A stretch of DNA of 64,000 nucleotides from Eledone cirrhosa (lineage: Eukaryota): positions 7,611-71,610 of the forward strand of contig CAXHJY010001494.1 in NCBI GenBank assembly GCA_964016885.1, read 5' to 3'. Both the position numbers and the translations under genes were made by a program. Positions 25,853-37,971 of the stretch are shown in pieces. How positions within the stretch are numbered: the stretch's first letter is position 1; every line of letters begins with the position of its first letter. The notes under the pieces were generated by a model, which saw only the letters and a list, made by a program, of their open reading frames with translations, searched no databases and was not told the DNA's origin.

Positions 25853-26114
25853 GTGAGGAAGATGAAAGACCAAGGGAGCACCCCTTCTCTGTGCTCCTGA
25901 GGAGAAGGGTTGCACACTTTTTTCGGGGGTGTGTGCGACCCCCCAAGGCGCCTCCTCTCTATTGAGGATTTTGTTAAAAATTTTATTTTTTGTTATATCT
26001 TATTTTATTTTTATATTTTGTTATTGCCTCCTCCTTATTGAGGACGCCTTTTTGTGTAAACTCCCCCCTTTGTACTTGTCCCACTTTTGATGCCCTAGTG
26101 GCAAATAAAAGAAA

Positions 26115-26225
26115 TCTATCTACCTATCTACCTATCTATCTATCCATCCATCTACCTATCAATCTATCTACCTATCTATCTATCCATCCATCTACCTATC
26201 AATCTATCTATCTATCTACCTATCT
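26115..26225. repeat. (TATC)n-derived spacer between the two Tx1 copies
   Basis: Same TATCCATCCATCTACCTATCAATC variant unit as upstream of copy 1 (21595-21651). Confidence 0.9.
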
Positions 26226-26440
26226 GGGGATGGACACACGCGTATAACTTGCTGAGTAAATTCTGTTTAAATTTCTATAGAAATTCTTGTCTGATAACTT
26301 TAATTTTTGTACCATTTTGTAGAGGGACTGCCAGGTCAAACTTTGATCTGGTCAGTCTCTCAAAATATTCTACGCCTTTAGGCGAAATAGTTAAAAAAAA
26401 AAAAAAGTTTTTTCTTGTTGAAAAGTCAATATTTTTTTAA

Positions 26441-28229
26441 ATGGCCGAAACTTCTTCACCAAAATTCGAAGGCGGAAAGGGGAAGATGAACTTACAGCTT
26501 CCCCCTGCCACTGTCACAGTAGCAGAGGTCAAGAAGAAAGGTCAGCCAGAGGAAGAATTCTCTCCACCTGTTAACCGACAACTTGACGTTGCCATGGCAA
26601 CAACCCAAAGCAGCAACAGCAACAACAACAACAATGCGACGGACGAAAACAACACCAATAACAATAACAATAACAACAACAACAAGACCAATAACGGTGA
26701 CAACAACAACAATGATAACAACAACACCACCAACGACAACAACAACACAAACAAACAAAATTTCTCCTTCGCCGAGACGACAAGGAAAACCCTCGACTAT
26801 CTGCCAGTAGATATAACAAAAGCGAAGGAGCTACTGGCGGATGCGAAAAAATATATAGTGTACGGGGAAAATGGTTCTTTCACAATCCATTCCCCCCCCG
26901 GAACTAAAAAGCCAGAGACTCCTAAACACGGTCATGTTTAGGACAATCTCGAACAAAAGTAAAAAACCAGCTCAACCATCACAGAGCGAGATAGAGCTGG
27001 TTTTAAAAGACGTCATGAAGGACATCACCTTCATTCAGAAGGATAGACTCTACGGGAGTCTATCCATTCTCATGAAGGACAGGGACACAGCAGTGAAACT
27101 GTCCATCAAACCAATCACATCCACCGCATACACCTTCTACCCTACGTACATGGGTAGAAGAACACAAAAAATAAAAATCCACACCATCCTGCCGATTATG
27201 GACATATGGTGGGTTTTGACAGGTTTTCTGGACCTGGAGGATGACATGCTGGTGTCCATGGGAAAGGCATCGGGTGACGCGTTCAGTGGAACGAGCCTCG
27301 AACTTGTAGTTCAAATGAGGCCCGAAAGGATCGCCCAGATCCCTGAACGCGTCATACTGGATGATCTAACCTTCATCAACATTACCGTTGAGGGTAGACG
27401 GCCCTCGTGTTACCTCTGCGGAACCAGAGGTCACCTGAGGGCTGTCTGTCCCCAACTTAATAAGAAAACCCCAATCCTGCCTACACCACCAACAACTGCA
27501 CAACCAACACAATCACCACAACTACCACTACAAAAACAACCACCACAGCTCAAACCAAAACAAAACAATGTCCAACCCATCCCCTCCACTCAAAAAACAA
27601 AAACAATTTCCAAAACACCCGTACCGCAAACACAACCCGAAAATATACCCCTCCCCTCCAACGCGGAAGATGACCCTAGTTCGTCGTCAGACGAGGAGGA
27701 GCACTTCCACACAATCAAAAGAAAAAAAAGAAAACACACCTCAGACACACAAATGAAAAATAACCCTCCCCAAAACATAACACTGACACCAACACAAAAG
27801 AGCTCACAACAACAGCAAACAAAAAACACCACACAAAAACAAAAACATGCATACACATACATAAATACAAGAAACAAAAAACTGTTAAACATTGTGTACA
27901 ACAACAATCTAATAAAAACACAAGGGCCTAACTTCACCCAGGTAGGGGATTTCCCCCACCTCAAAATGATTAAGGCCCCACAGGACACCTATAAAACTCT
28001 AAAAAACAATTTTAAAGAGGACGTGGGTCCCCCCTGCGTCGGGCCCATTAACCGCGTCCTCCTAAAAAACTATCCCACCCCCTCCCCAAACACCCACACA
28101 ACTCCAAGCTCCCCAACCACACAACACACTGATGCCCCCACACTTCCACAAACCACCACCCCACCCAACAACCCATCCCCCACCCTAATGGAAATTGTGC
28201 AGCCCGATACCCGGGACGCAGAGAGGTAA
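26441..28229 (+). CDS. Tx1 ORF1 (gag-like, CCHC zinc knuckle), split by a +1 frameshift at the C8 run 26892-26899
   Basis: ORFs 26441-26941 and 26871-28229 join into about 595 aa if one C is removed; CYLCGTRGHLRAVC knuckle; poly-Asn tract. Confidence 0.85.
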
Positions 28230-28253
28230 GTGCCTTTTCTCTTCACCACCAAC

Positions 28254-31200
28254 ATGGCTATGCTAAGAGTAGGCTGTTTAAATGCGCGTGGCCTGGGCTC
28301 AACTTGGAAGCAAGCAATGCTTCTAAATGACCTCAGGTCACAACGTATAGATGTGATGGTTATTTGCGAGGCCCGGATCAGCAACGTGCGACAGCTGGCC
28401 CCCACCTTTGATGACTTTGAGATGCACGCATCTCTCTGTCAGCCCGGAGGTGGGGGTGGAGTTGTCGTTCTGCTGCAAAAACATCTGGGTCTCGCAACAC
28501 AGATGGTACATTTGGACCCGGAGGGTCGACTAGTGGTTCTGGACCTTGGCAGTGGTAAAGGCGGAGCGTTTAGGTTGGTAGCCGCCTACGGCCCTTTCGG
28601 GTCAATGCGGCCGGACTTCTTCCATCGTCTGGAGACTTTTCTAGGGACGTCCCGCTCCTTGCTATTAGTGGGGGACTGGAATGGTATCCTAGATGCACGC
28701 TGGGACTACGTAGGGGCCTGCCCTGATAGAGAGGGGTGTAATAGCCTCAAAGGGTTAATCGGTCGATTTGACCTGGCCGATAGATATCGACTAGATTTTC
28801 CGACTGCGCCAACCTGGACTTGGGCAAATCGTAGCGGATCATCTAGGTCGTACCTAGATAGGTTCTTAGTTAGAATTAAGGATAAGGACTTTTTAAGTTG
28901 TCCAAAAATGCGCATGGTTGGCTATTCAGACCACAAATTAGTGACCTGCATGGTCAACCTTGACAGAACTCATAGACAGGGCCCCGGTTACTGGAAGCTC
29001 AACTTGTCCTTGCCGGCAAGTAGAGCCTACAGGAATCGGATTAGTACGTTAGTTAAGGAACGGTTGACTGGAGCGATCGTCAACAGCAGGTGGTGGGTAT
29101 CTCTAAAGAGAGAGATTAGAGTAGTTTCGATAGAATTTAGTAAGGTTCTAGCTGCGGATAGGAATAGGAAGGAAAGGGAGCTAATAGATAGAGTAGAAGA
29201 GGCAATTAGAAGCGGCGACGTGGCCAGAGTGCTAGCGTCGAGAACGGCTTTGAGCCAGTTTTTCGACGCGAAGCACGAAGGCTGCGTTGTCCGAAGTAAA
29301 ATACGTGCTCTAGGGAACGAGGGGACCAAAGCTGTTAGCTGGGCCCGCGTGACAGAGGCCAACAGTGGAACTAAATCCACCATCCGGTCTTTGCGAGACC
29401 TGGATGGACGGGCGATTCTTGAGCCTAAGCAGATGTGTGAGGCCTTTCAAAGGCACTTTGCCCGACTGTTCGGGAGGGGCGGGGAGCCGGTTGGGAACGT
29501 GGACTTCGGTCCATACCTCGACGGCCTGCCGCGCCTCTCGGACAGGGAGGCGAAGTCCTGCGAGGAGCCGATTTCGGCCGCTGAGATAGAGGACGTGCTG
29601 AGCCAATGCGGCAAACGCAAATCCCCGGGTCTCGATGGTCTTCCTTACGAATTATATCTAGCTATGCCGGACTTGTTCCCCGATCTCCTCGAGGCGGTCT
29701 ACTGCAACTGGCAACAGAACGGGAGAATTCCCTGTACTGTGACCAAGGGCGTAGTCACGCTAGTGAGGAAGGACGAGAACAAGGGGGACGAAATAAGTAA
29801 CTTCAGGCCCATAACACTGCTAAATACAGAGTTACAGATTTTGGCCAAGGTGCTAGCAAAGAGGTTGGCGCTTGTCGTGGGCAACCTGGTGGGAGATGCG
29901 CAGACATGCGCTATCCCGTCCAGGTCCATCCATGACAACCTCCACCTCATGCGATACATCATAGAGAGGGTTGGGAACGAACCCGGCTTTGGTGGGGCTC
30001 TGATCAACTTGGATCAATCTAAGGCGTTCGATAGGGTCGACCATGGTTACCTGGATGCGGTGCTAGCGGCGGCAGGCTTCGGACCCGTTTTCAGGGGCTG
30101 GATCACTGCTATGCACAGCAGCCGCATCTGCTCTAGGGTCAAGGTGAACGGCTACCTCTCGGAGCCGTTCAAAATCGCGCGGTCCATCCGACAAGGGTGC
30201 CCTCTCTCCTCCCTTCTGTATGTGTTGACTCTCGAGCCACTACTGCGGAAGTTGGAGTTGTTGCAGGGCATCCCTTTGGAACCGGGATTGCGGAAAGCGG
30301 TGTCGGCCTACGCCGATGACGTGACAGTAATGGTGTCGACAGCCTCCGAAATCGAGGCGGTCGGCACCTTACTGGAGGAGTACGAAAAGTTCACAGGGGC
30401 TAAGCTGAACCGGGACAAGTCGATCGGTTTGCAACTCGGCACGTGGAGGGGCAGACCGATGCCCTCCGATGGCGTCGTCGGACGCTGGACGGAGGGCCCG
30501 GTGAAGTTGCTCGGGGTCTGGTTCGGACCGGACCTCCAGGTGGAGAAAAACTGGGCGGAGGTTACGAACAGGGTGTTTGCACTGACCCAGAAGTGGGCCA
30601 GTTGCAAACTATCCCTGAAAGGTCGGGCGGAGGTGGCGAACACCTACATAGCGTCCGTCATCTACTACCGCCTGACCGTAGTGCCCTGCCCAAGGGAAAC
30701 CCTCACCAAGATGGAGCGCGCGCTCTTCCAATTCCTTTGGAAGAGGCGGGCTCCTATGGTGAGGAGATCCATCTACTGTCAACACCCTTCGAAAGGAGGG
30801 CTGGGGATGCCGTGGCTAATGATGCGTAAACACGCATTAAGGCTACGGCACCTCTACGTATTCCTCACCGGACAACCGGTGTGGGCCTCGTTTGTGAGAC
30901 GAACCTTTCCCAGACTCGTCTCACTCACCGAGCTGCAATCCTGGGTCAAGCAAAGACCGAGAAAACTGGGCGCCTGGCACACTGAGTGTGCCCAGGCGCT
31001 CACCGCCCTCTGGCAGGCGGATCCGGTTATCAGTGGAGACTCCACCGCAACATTCTATAGAGGGCTGGTACGCAGCAGGTGCGACGACGCCCTCGGAGAA
31101 GCCCTAGACATGGAGGAGGACGAACTGGCCAGCCTGTTCGGTAGGACATTCAGCCCGGGACCTATGGACAACTTCCAGAAGTCCCTGGCCTGGCAGTGCT

Positions 31201-31691
31201 ACCGAGGGGCTTTACCCGTTCGAGAAAGGCTCTACAGACACGGGCGCCCGGGTAGGGACCCCGCCAAAAAGATCTGTCCCAGATGCGTGTGCGACGAGGA
31301 AACCGTTGCACACGCATTGGTACACTGCTCGGGCGTAGCCGATCTGTGGGGCTATGTCGAACAACTGCTGTCAAGGGTGGGACCGATCCGGTTGACCACC
31401 GAGTCTATTGTAATGATCAAGCCGCCTCCCCCCTTCAAAGATGAAGCAGAGGCGGTGTTTCTGTGCGTAATAGCCATGGCGAAAGAGGTTGTATGGTGGA
31501 CGCGTCTGAAAGGACTGAGGTCAGACACCTTTCTCTCTGGCCAACAACTGGTCCGTTTCTTCCGATATCATTTCGGAAGAAGGATCAGGATGGAGAGAGA
31601 GGTGCTGCACCCCAGCCGTTTCTATGAAAGATGGGTGAAAGTGGCGAGAATGGCCCGTGTGAATGGGCCTTCACTCTACATCAGACTATAG
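28254..31691 (+). CDS. Tx1 ORF2 of copy 2 (APE-RT-CCHC), intact
   Basis: Same motifs as copy 1; six amino-acid differences by visual comparison. Confidence 0.96.
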   Translation: MAMLRVGCLNARGLGSTWKQAMLLNDLRSQRIDVMVICEARISNVRQLAPTFDDFEMHASLCQPGGGGGVVVLLQKHLGLATQMVHLDPEGRLVVLDLGSGKGGAFRLVAAYGPFGSMRPDFFHRLETFLGTSRSLLLVGDWNGILDARWDYVGACPDREGCNSLKGLIGRFDLADRYRLDFPTAPTWTWANRSGSSRSYLDRFLVRIKDKDFLSCPKMRMVGYSDHKLVTCMVNLDRTHRQGPGYWKLNLSLPASRAYRNRISTLVKERLTGAIVNSRWWVSLKREIRVVSIEFSKVLAADRNRKERELIDRVEEAIRSGDVARVLASRTALSQFFDAKHEGCVVRSKIRALGNEGTKAVSWARVTEANSGTKSTIRSLRDLDGRAILEPKQMCEAFQRHFARLFGRGGEPVGNVDFGPYLDGLPRLSDREAKSCEEPISAAEIEDVLSQCGKRKSPGLDGLPYELYLAMPDLFPDLLEAVYCNWQQNGRIPCTVTKGVVTLVRKDENKGDEISNFRPITLLNTELQILAKVLAKRLALVVGNLVGDAQTCAIPSRSIHDNLHLMRYIIERVGNEPGFGGALINLDQSKAFDRVDHGYLDAVLAAAGFGPVFRGWITAMHSSRICSRVKVNGYLSEPFKIARSIRQGCPLSSLLYVLTLEPLLRKLELLQGIPLEPGLRKAVSAYADDVTVMVSTASEIEAVGTLLEEYEKFTGAKLNRDKSIGLQLGTWRGRPMPSDGVVGRWTEGPVKLLGVWFGPDLQVEKNWAEVTNRVFALTQKWASCKLSLKGRAEVANTYIASVIYYRLTVVPCPRETLTKMERALFQFLWKRRAPMVRRSIYCQHPSKGGLGMPWLMMRKHALRLRHLYVFLTGQPVWASFVRRTFPRLVSLTELQSWVKQRPRKLGAWHTECAQALTALWQADPVISGDSTATFYRGLVRSRCDDALGEALDMEEDELASLFGRTFSPGPMDNFQKSLAWQCYRGALPVRERLYRHGRPGRDPAKKICPRCVCDEETVAHALVHCSGVADLWGYVEQLLSRVGPIRLTTESIVMIKPPPPFKDEAEAVFLCVIAMAKEVVWWTRLKGLRSDTFLSGQQLVRFFRYHFGRRIRMEREVLHPSRFYERWVKVARMARVNGPSLYIRL

Positions 31692-32909
31692 GTGAGGAAG
31701 ATGAAAGACCAAGGGAGCACCCCTTCTCTGTTCTCCTGAGGAGAAGGGTTGCACACTTTTTTCGGGGGTGTGTGCGAGCCCCCAAGGCGCCTCCTCTCTA
31801 TTGAGGATTTTGTTAAAAATTTTATTTTTTGTTATATCTTATTTTATTTTTATATTTTGTTATTGCCTCCTCCTTATTGAGGACGCCTTTTTGTGTAAAC
31901 TCCCCCCTTTGTACTTGTCCCACTTTTGATGCCCTAGTGGCAAATAAAAGAAACTTATCTATCTACCTCTCAATCTTTCTATATCTACCGATCCATCTAT
32001 CTATCTATTTATTTACCTCCCAATCAATCCATATATATATATATATATATATGTCTATCTATATATCTATCCTTCTATCCAGTTCTATTCACAAACAGTT
32101 ATCTGTCTAACAAGCTAGTTAGCAAGTACGCCATTCAACTACTTGTGCCTCTCATTGTCAATGCTTCTGTCCACCCAGCCACATAACCACCCAGCTACCC
32201 TGTCTATCAGTCACCCAGAAGTCCATCTAGCTGATCTGTGTGTCGTGAGTGGACACGTAAAATGGTGTCCATCTTGAGTGTCCTTCAAAACAACACTGAC
32301 CACTCCAGAAACAAAGAAGTTCGGTCTATAAACGCAAATGATCCAACATACACATATGTACACACATATATACATACATGTACATATACACATATATATA
32401 CACATATATACACATATATACACATACTTACACACGTTTACATATAAGCTCGCGTGTGTGTGTACACACACACACACACACACATATGTGTGTGTGTGTG
32501 CATTTAAATATATATATATTTACATGTATACATATATAATATATATATATATATATATGTGTGTGTATATATATATATAAGCTTAATGGATCTTTATGAA
32601 TATATATATTTACATACATATATATATATATGATTATATATATATATAGATAGATAGATATATATATGTATATACATTTATATATATATATGATATCACA
32701 CACACATAATATATATATATATATATAACACACACACATAATATATAAATATATATATTATGAGTGTGTATACATATTACATATATATGTGTATATATGC
32801 GTATCTATAAACTGCAAATGTATGTTTATACATACGTATATTTATGTATATATATATACGTGTATATGTATTATATATGTGTGTGTATGCATATATATAT
32901 GTATATAAG

Positions 32910-32995
32910 AAGGAAGCCGGTGGTGTTTCTGTAGAGATTGTCCAATGCACGAATTATAATGGATTCTTGTCCGTGCGTGAGAAGTGTTTGCAGAC
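32910..32995 (-). pseudogene. Short LINE RT fragment (RTE-like)
   Basis: [28 protein letters not shown] resembles the RT segment after AFD; short. Confidence 0.4.
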
Positions 32996-33160
32996 AGACA
33001 GACGGGCGCACTGAGACACATGTACGTTCACACACATACACACACATACACACATACACACATATATATATATAGTATATATATATATACTCATGTATAT
33101 ATATATACACACACAAACACAATTACTTACACATACACATACACGTATATATATATAAAT

Positions 33161-33191
<31 letters not shown>

Positions 33192-33432
33192 AATGAATAT
33201 ATATCTATGTATATATATGTATGTATATATATATATATATGTGTATATGCATGTATGTATATGTATATGTATATATATATATATGTGTGTATATATATGT
33301 ATGTATATGTATATCTATATATATATGTATAATATGTATATATATATGTATAATATGTATATATATATGTATAATATATATATATGTATAATATATATAT
33401 ATATATATATATGTATAATATATATATATATG

Positions 33433-33464
<32 letters not shown>

Positions 33465-33559
33465 AATACATATATATACATATATATAAACATATATATA
33501 TATGCATATATATATACATATATATATATATAGACAGAAACACACACACAAGTATATAT

Positions 33560-33634
33560 AAAGGGTATCCCAAAAATTGTATACACATATTTATTAGAAT
33601 GCTGTTGAAGTGTGTATACAATTTTTGGGATTCC

Positions 33635-33640
<6 letters not shown>
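33560..33640. mobile_element. Tc1/mariner-type MITE (~80 bp)
   Basis: Degenerate TIR CAGGGTGTCCCAAAAA.TGTATACAC in a TA context; family also at 34695, 38485, 46472 and 52287. Confidence 0.65.
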
Positions 33641-33692
<52 letters not shown>

Positions 33693-34210
33693 GCGTGTGT
33701 ATGTGTTTGTGTGTGTGTTCATATATATATATATATGAATATATATAAATATATATATATGTATATACACATATACATTCATATCTATATGACTATATAT
33801 GTGCGTGTGTTCATATATATATATAAATATATATACATATATATATATATTCATCTTTATATATATATATACAGTGTATACATATATATGTGTGTGTATA
33901 TTCATATAATATATATATATATATATAAATATATATATATATGTATGTATAAAGGAAAAGTGATAATATCCACAGAACTATACACACACGCACACACAGA
34001 CACACACACAAACACACAAACACACACACACGGACACTACTACAGTGTAATGACAGTCAGTATTTCATGTGTGACCAAGAAGAACAAGGAGAATATTTAC
34101 CCAAGGTAAACAAGACACGTATGAAATGATGGAATTATAGATTTATAGGAGCTACTGGGAATTGGGTATTGTTTAGGAACCATTGCTGTAGCAATAGTAC
34201 ACGTCAAACA

Positions 34211-34261
<51 letters not shown>

Positions 34262-34281
34262 GTATATCTATCTATCTATAT

Positions 34282-34472
34282 ATAGGAAAATGTTTGATCC
34301 CGACGGCAGAGCTCAAGCCGTTTCGACGGCTATTTCTCGACAGAAATAGCCGTCGAAACGGCTTGAGCTCTGACGTCGTGGGTCAAACATTTTCCTATTA
34401 CCCACTCTACTGCCCTAAGTATTGAGTACTCTGGTGCGTACGGTCCATCTGGTTCCTTACCACGCCTCCTTC

Positions 34473-34475
<3 letters not shown>
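34282..34475. mobile_element. Family F2 inverted dimer
   Basis: About 55-bp near-perfect inverted repeat at 34282-34398 plus family tail. Confidence 0.75.
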
Positions 34476-34549
<74 letters not shown>

Positions 34550-34575
34550 CTCTCTCTCTCTATCTCTCTCTCTAC

Positions 34576-34680
<105 letters not shown>

Positions 34681-34694
34681 TATATAGTTAGATA

Positions 34695-34771
34695 CAGGCT
34701 GTCCCAAAAAATGAATACACACATTGATTCAGAATGCTGTTGAAGCCCGTATGCGTTTTTGGGACACCCTG

Positions 34772-34773
<2 letters not shown>
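34695..34773. mobile_element. Tc1/mariner-type MITE
   Basis: TA-CAGGCTGTCCCAAAAA...TTTTTGGGACACCCTG-TA. Confidence 0.75.
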
Positions 34774-34848
<75 letters not shown>

Positions 34849-34997
34849 GTGTGTGTGGTTACGCGTGTGTGTGTGTATATATATATATATATTTGTTACC
34901 TGAATGACTCAGAGGCCAACAGTCCCTGACACTTTTTCCATTCATTTACCAATGTACTTTTTCCAGTGGTACTCACACTCACACATACATAAAGTAC

Positions 34998-35080
<83 letters not shown>

Positions 35081-35134
35081 AATATATATATATACATATA
35101 CATATTCATATATATATACATATACATATACATA

Positions 35135-35172
<38 letters not shown>

Positions 35173-35179
35173 CATATTC

Positions 35180-35210
<31 letters not shown>

Positions 35211-35217
35211 CATATTC

Positions 35218-35248
<31 letters not shown>

Positions 35249-35259
35249 CATATTCATAT

Positions 35260-35290
<31 letters not shown>

Positions 35291-35294
35291 CATA

Positions 35295-35355
<61 letters not shown>

Positions 35356-35594
35356 GTATGTGTGTGTGTGTGTGTGCGCGCGCGCAGTATGCTGTTGGTA
35401 CATTAATAGTTCCGAGATAATACCAAATACCCGGTAGCTCGACACACATACACACACACACATATATATATATATTCACACACACACACACACACACATA
35501 CATTGATACATACACGCAAACACTCATGCACACATTTTTATATAATTGAATTTAGGCATGTCTATATATATATATACATATATATAAATATATA

Positions 35595-35636
<42 letters not shown>

Positions 35637-35698
35637 TATACCTATATATATATATTTATATATATGTATATATATATATATATAGGTATATATTTATA

Positions 35699-35771
<73 letters not shown>

Positions 35772-35814
35772 TATGATATTAAATAAATGGAAACTATATT
35801 TATAAAACCCTATT

Positions 35815-35874
35815 TATTCTATTATATATATTTCAAGGGTACAAAAATGTTATACGTTCTCATCAGATAAAATA
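35815..35874 (-). ncRNA. Hammerhead motif, paralog of 20253-20317
   Basis: TATTTTAT-CTGATGA-...-GAAA-TATATA-TA-ATAGAATA on the minus strand; stem II degenerate. Confidence 0.6.
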
Positions 35875-36009
35875 CAAAGTTTTTTTTTATAAATATAGGA
35901 TAACCAAGGATAATATCGTTGACGGCTGAAGGTATCCCTGGTTGCTCTGACTCGGTTATAAACATTTATATTTGTTGAATTACCAACAAATTGAATATCC
36001 CTTCTGCTT

Positions 36010-36044
<35 letters not shown>

Positions 36045-36176
36045 GGAACGAGTAGGACCCCGACGGCTGAGCTCAAGCCGTTTCAACGGCTAATTCAGTC
36101 CAGAATTAGTCGTCGAAACGGCTTGAGCTCAGCCGTCGGGGTCCTACTCGATCTGATTCCTTACCACATTTCCTTC

Positions 36177-36180
<4 letters not shown>
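36045..36180. mobile_element. Family F2 inverted dimer
   Basis: CGAGTAGGACCCCGACGGCTGAGCTCAAGCCGTTTC.. and its reverse complement. Confidence 0.75.
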
Positions 36181-36244
<64 letters not shown>

Positions 36245-36419
36245 TGTGTGTGAGTATGTGTGTGTGTGTGCATCGGGAGCGAGAGAAAGGCAGGAAGATA
36301 GATATATGTAACTCTATGTATATATATATATGTGTGTGTGTGTGTGTAAAGTATATAGATATAGATATACATATATATATATATATATATAGAAGAGAGA
36401 GAGAGAGCGAGAGAAAGAG

Positions 36420-36538
36420 AGAGTGCGACACAAAGATAGATAGATAGATCTAACTGTATATATAATATATATATATATATATATGTATACGTAGAGAGAT
36501 AGAGAGAGTGCGACACAAAGATAGATAGATAGATCTAA

Positions 36539-36574
<36 letters not shown>

Positions 36575-36650
36575 ACGTAGAGAGATAGAGAGAGTGCGAC
36601 ACAAAGATAGATAGATAGATCTAACTGTATATATATATATATATATATAT
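36420..36650. repeat. ~85-bp tandem repeat x3 (GAGAGTGCGACACAAAGATAGATAGATAGATCTAACTG...)
   Basis: Directly visible. Confidence 0.85.
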
Positions 36651-36775
36651 GTATACGTGTGTGTTACAGCGGCTGACGAAATGCCATGTGTTATATATGA
36701 CGGCAAGTTTTGCCTTGAGTTCAATCCCCGTTCTGTCCAGCTTTGCCTTTCACCCCTACTGTTTCCTTAGAATGG

Positions 36776-37180
36776 GTTTCGGATTTAGGCACAAGGCCAA
36801 CAATTTGGTGGAGGGGCAAAGTCGATCAAATCGACCCCAGCACATGACTGGTACTTTATTTTATCGATCCTGTAAGGATGAAAGGCATAGCTAACCTCGG
36901 CGGGATTTGAACTCTGAACGTAAAGGGCCGCAACTCTATGCTGCAAAACATGGTGTCTGACCCTCTATCTGCCAATCCACCGCCCTTAACAATAATGGTT
37001 TCTACTTTTTGGCACAAGGCCAGCAATCATACCAGTGTATTACTGGTACTTCATTTTATCGACCCCGTAAGAATGAAATGACAAATTCTAACTTCGGCAG
37101 GATTTGAACTCAGATTGTAAAGGGCCGTAACTCTATTCCATAAAGCATGTTTTCCGACGCGCCTCTGATTCTGCTAATCC
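36776..37180 (-). mobile_element. Two SINE-A copies
   Basis: Reverse-complement consensus matches at about 36776-36985 and 36997-37180. Confidence 0.8.
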
Positions 37181-37801
37181 ATCAAAATAATATAGAATAC
37201 TAGCCGTTGCCGGTGGTTTGGCGGGATGTTTTTCTTTAGACATGGTACCTTGCGGTATTTGTTATGGGTATTTGCGTTTTGTGAATATATACCTCTCTCC
37301 ACACACACATACACACATACATAGCCGCGCATACACATACATACAAGGATACACACACTAAAATATAGACATACACATACTTGCATGTATAGAAACCGGC
37401 ATACACACACACGCCGTTACACATAGGCATACACAAACACACACGCACATAGAAAGAAACAAATACACACACATATATTCACATACATATAGGCACATAT
37501 ACGCATATGCACAGGAACCGACTCACACACACAAGCCCATGTATACACAAACACACATATACATACATATATAGGCACATAAGATATTCACGGAAACCGA
37601 TACACACACACACACACACATACACATACACACACATACACACACACGCACAGAGCGAGCAAAATTTTCACACATATACATATATAGGCACATAAGATAT
37701 TCACGGAAACCGATACACACACACATACACACACACACATACACACACACATACACGCACACACACATACACGCACACACACATACACGCACACACACGC
37801 A

Positions 37802-37838
<37 letters not shown>

Positions 37839-37905
37839 CGAAGGAAATGTGGTAAGGAACCAGATGGACCATAACGCACCAAAGCACTCAATACTTAGGG
37901 TACAT

Positions 37906-37971
<66 letters not shown>

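Larger units (their letters stand above)
21652..26114 (+). mobile_element. Tx1-clade LINE copy 1 (5'-truncated within ORF1)
   Basis: Colinear with 27488-31953 of copy 2; candidate TSD TCTATCTACC (21645-21654 and 26115-26124); ends AATAAAAGAAA. Confidence 0.95.
26226..31953 (+). mobile_element. Tx1-clade LINE copy 2 (apparently full length, about 5.7 kb)
   Basis: Starts GGGGATGG after TATCT; about 215-bp 5' UTR, ORF1, ORF2, about 260-bp 3' UTR ending AATAAAAGAAA, then TATC repeats. Confidence 0.95.
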
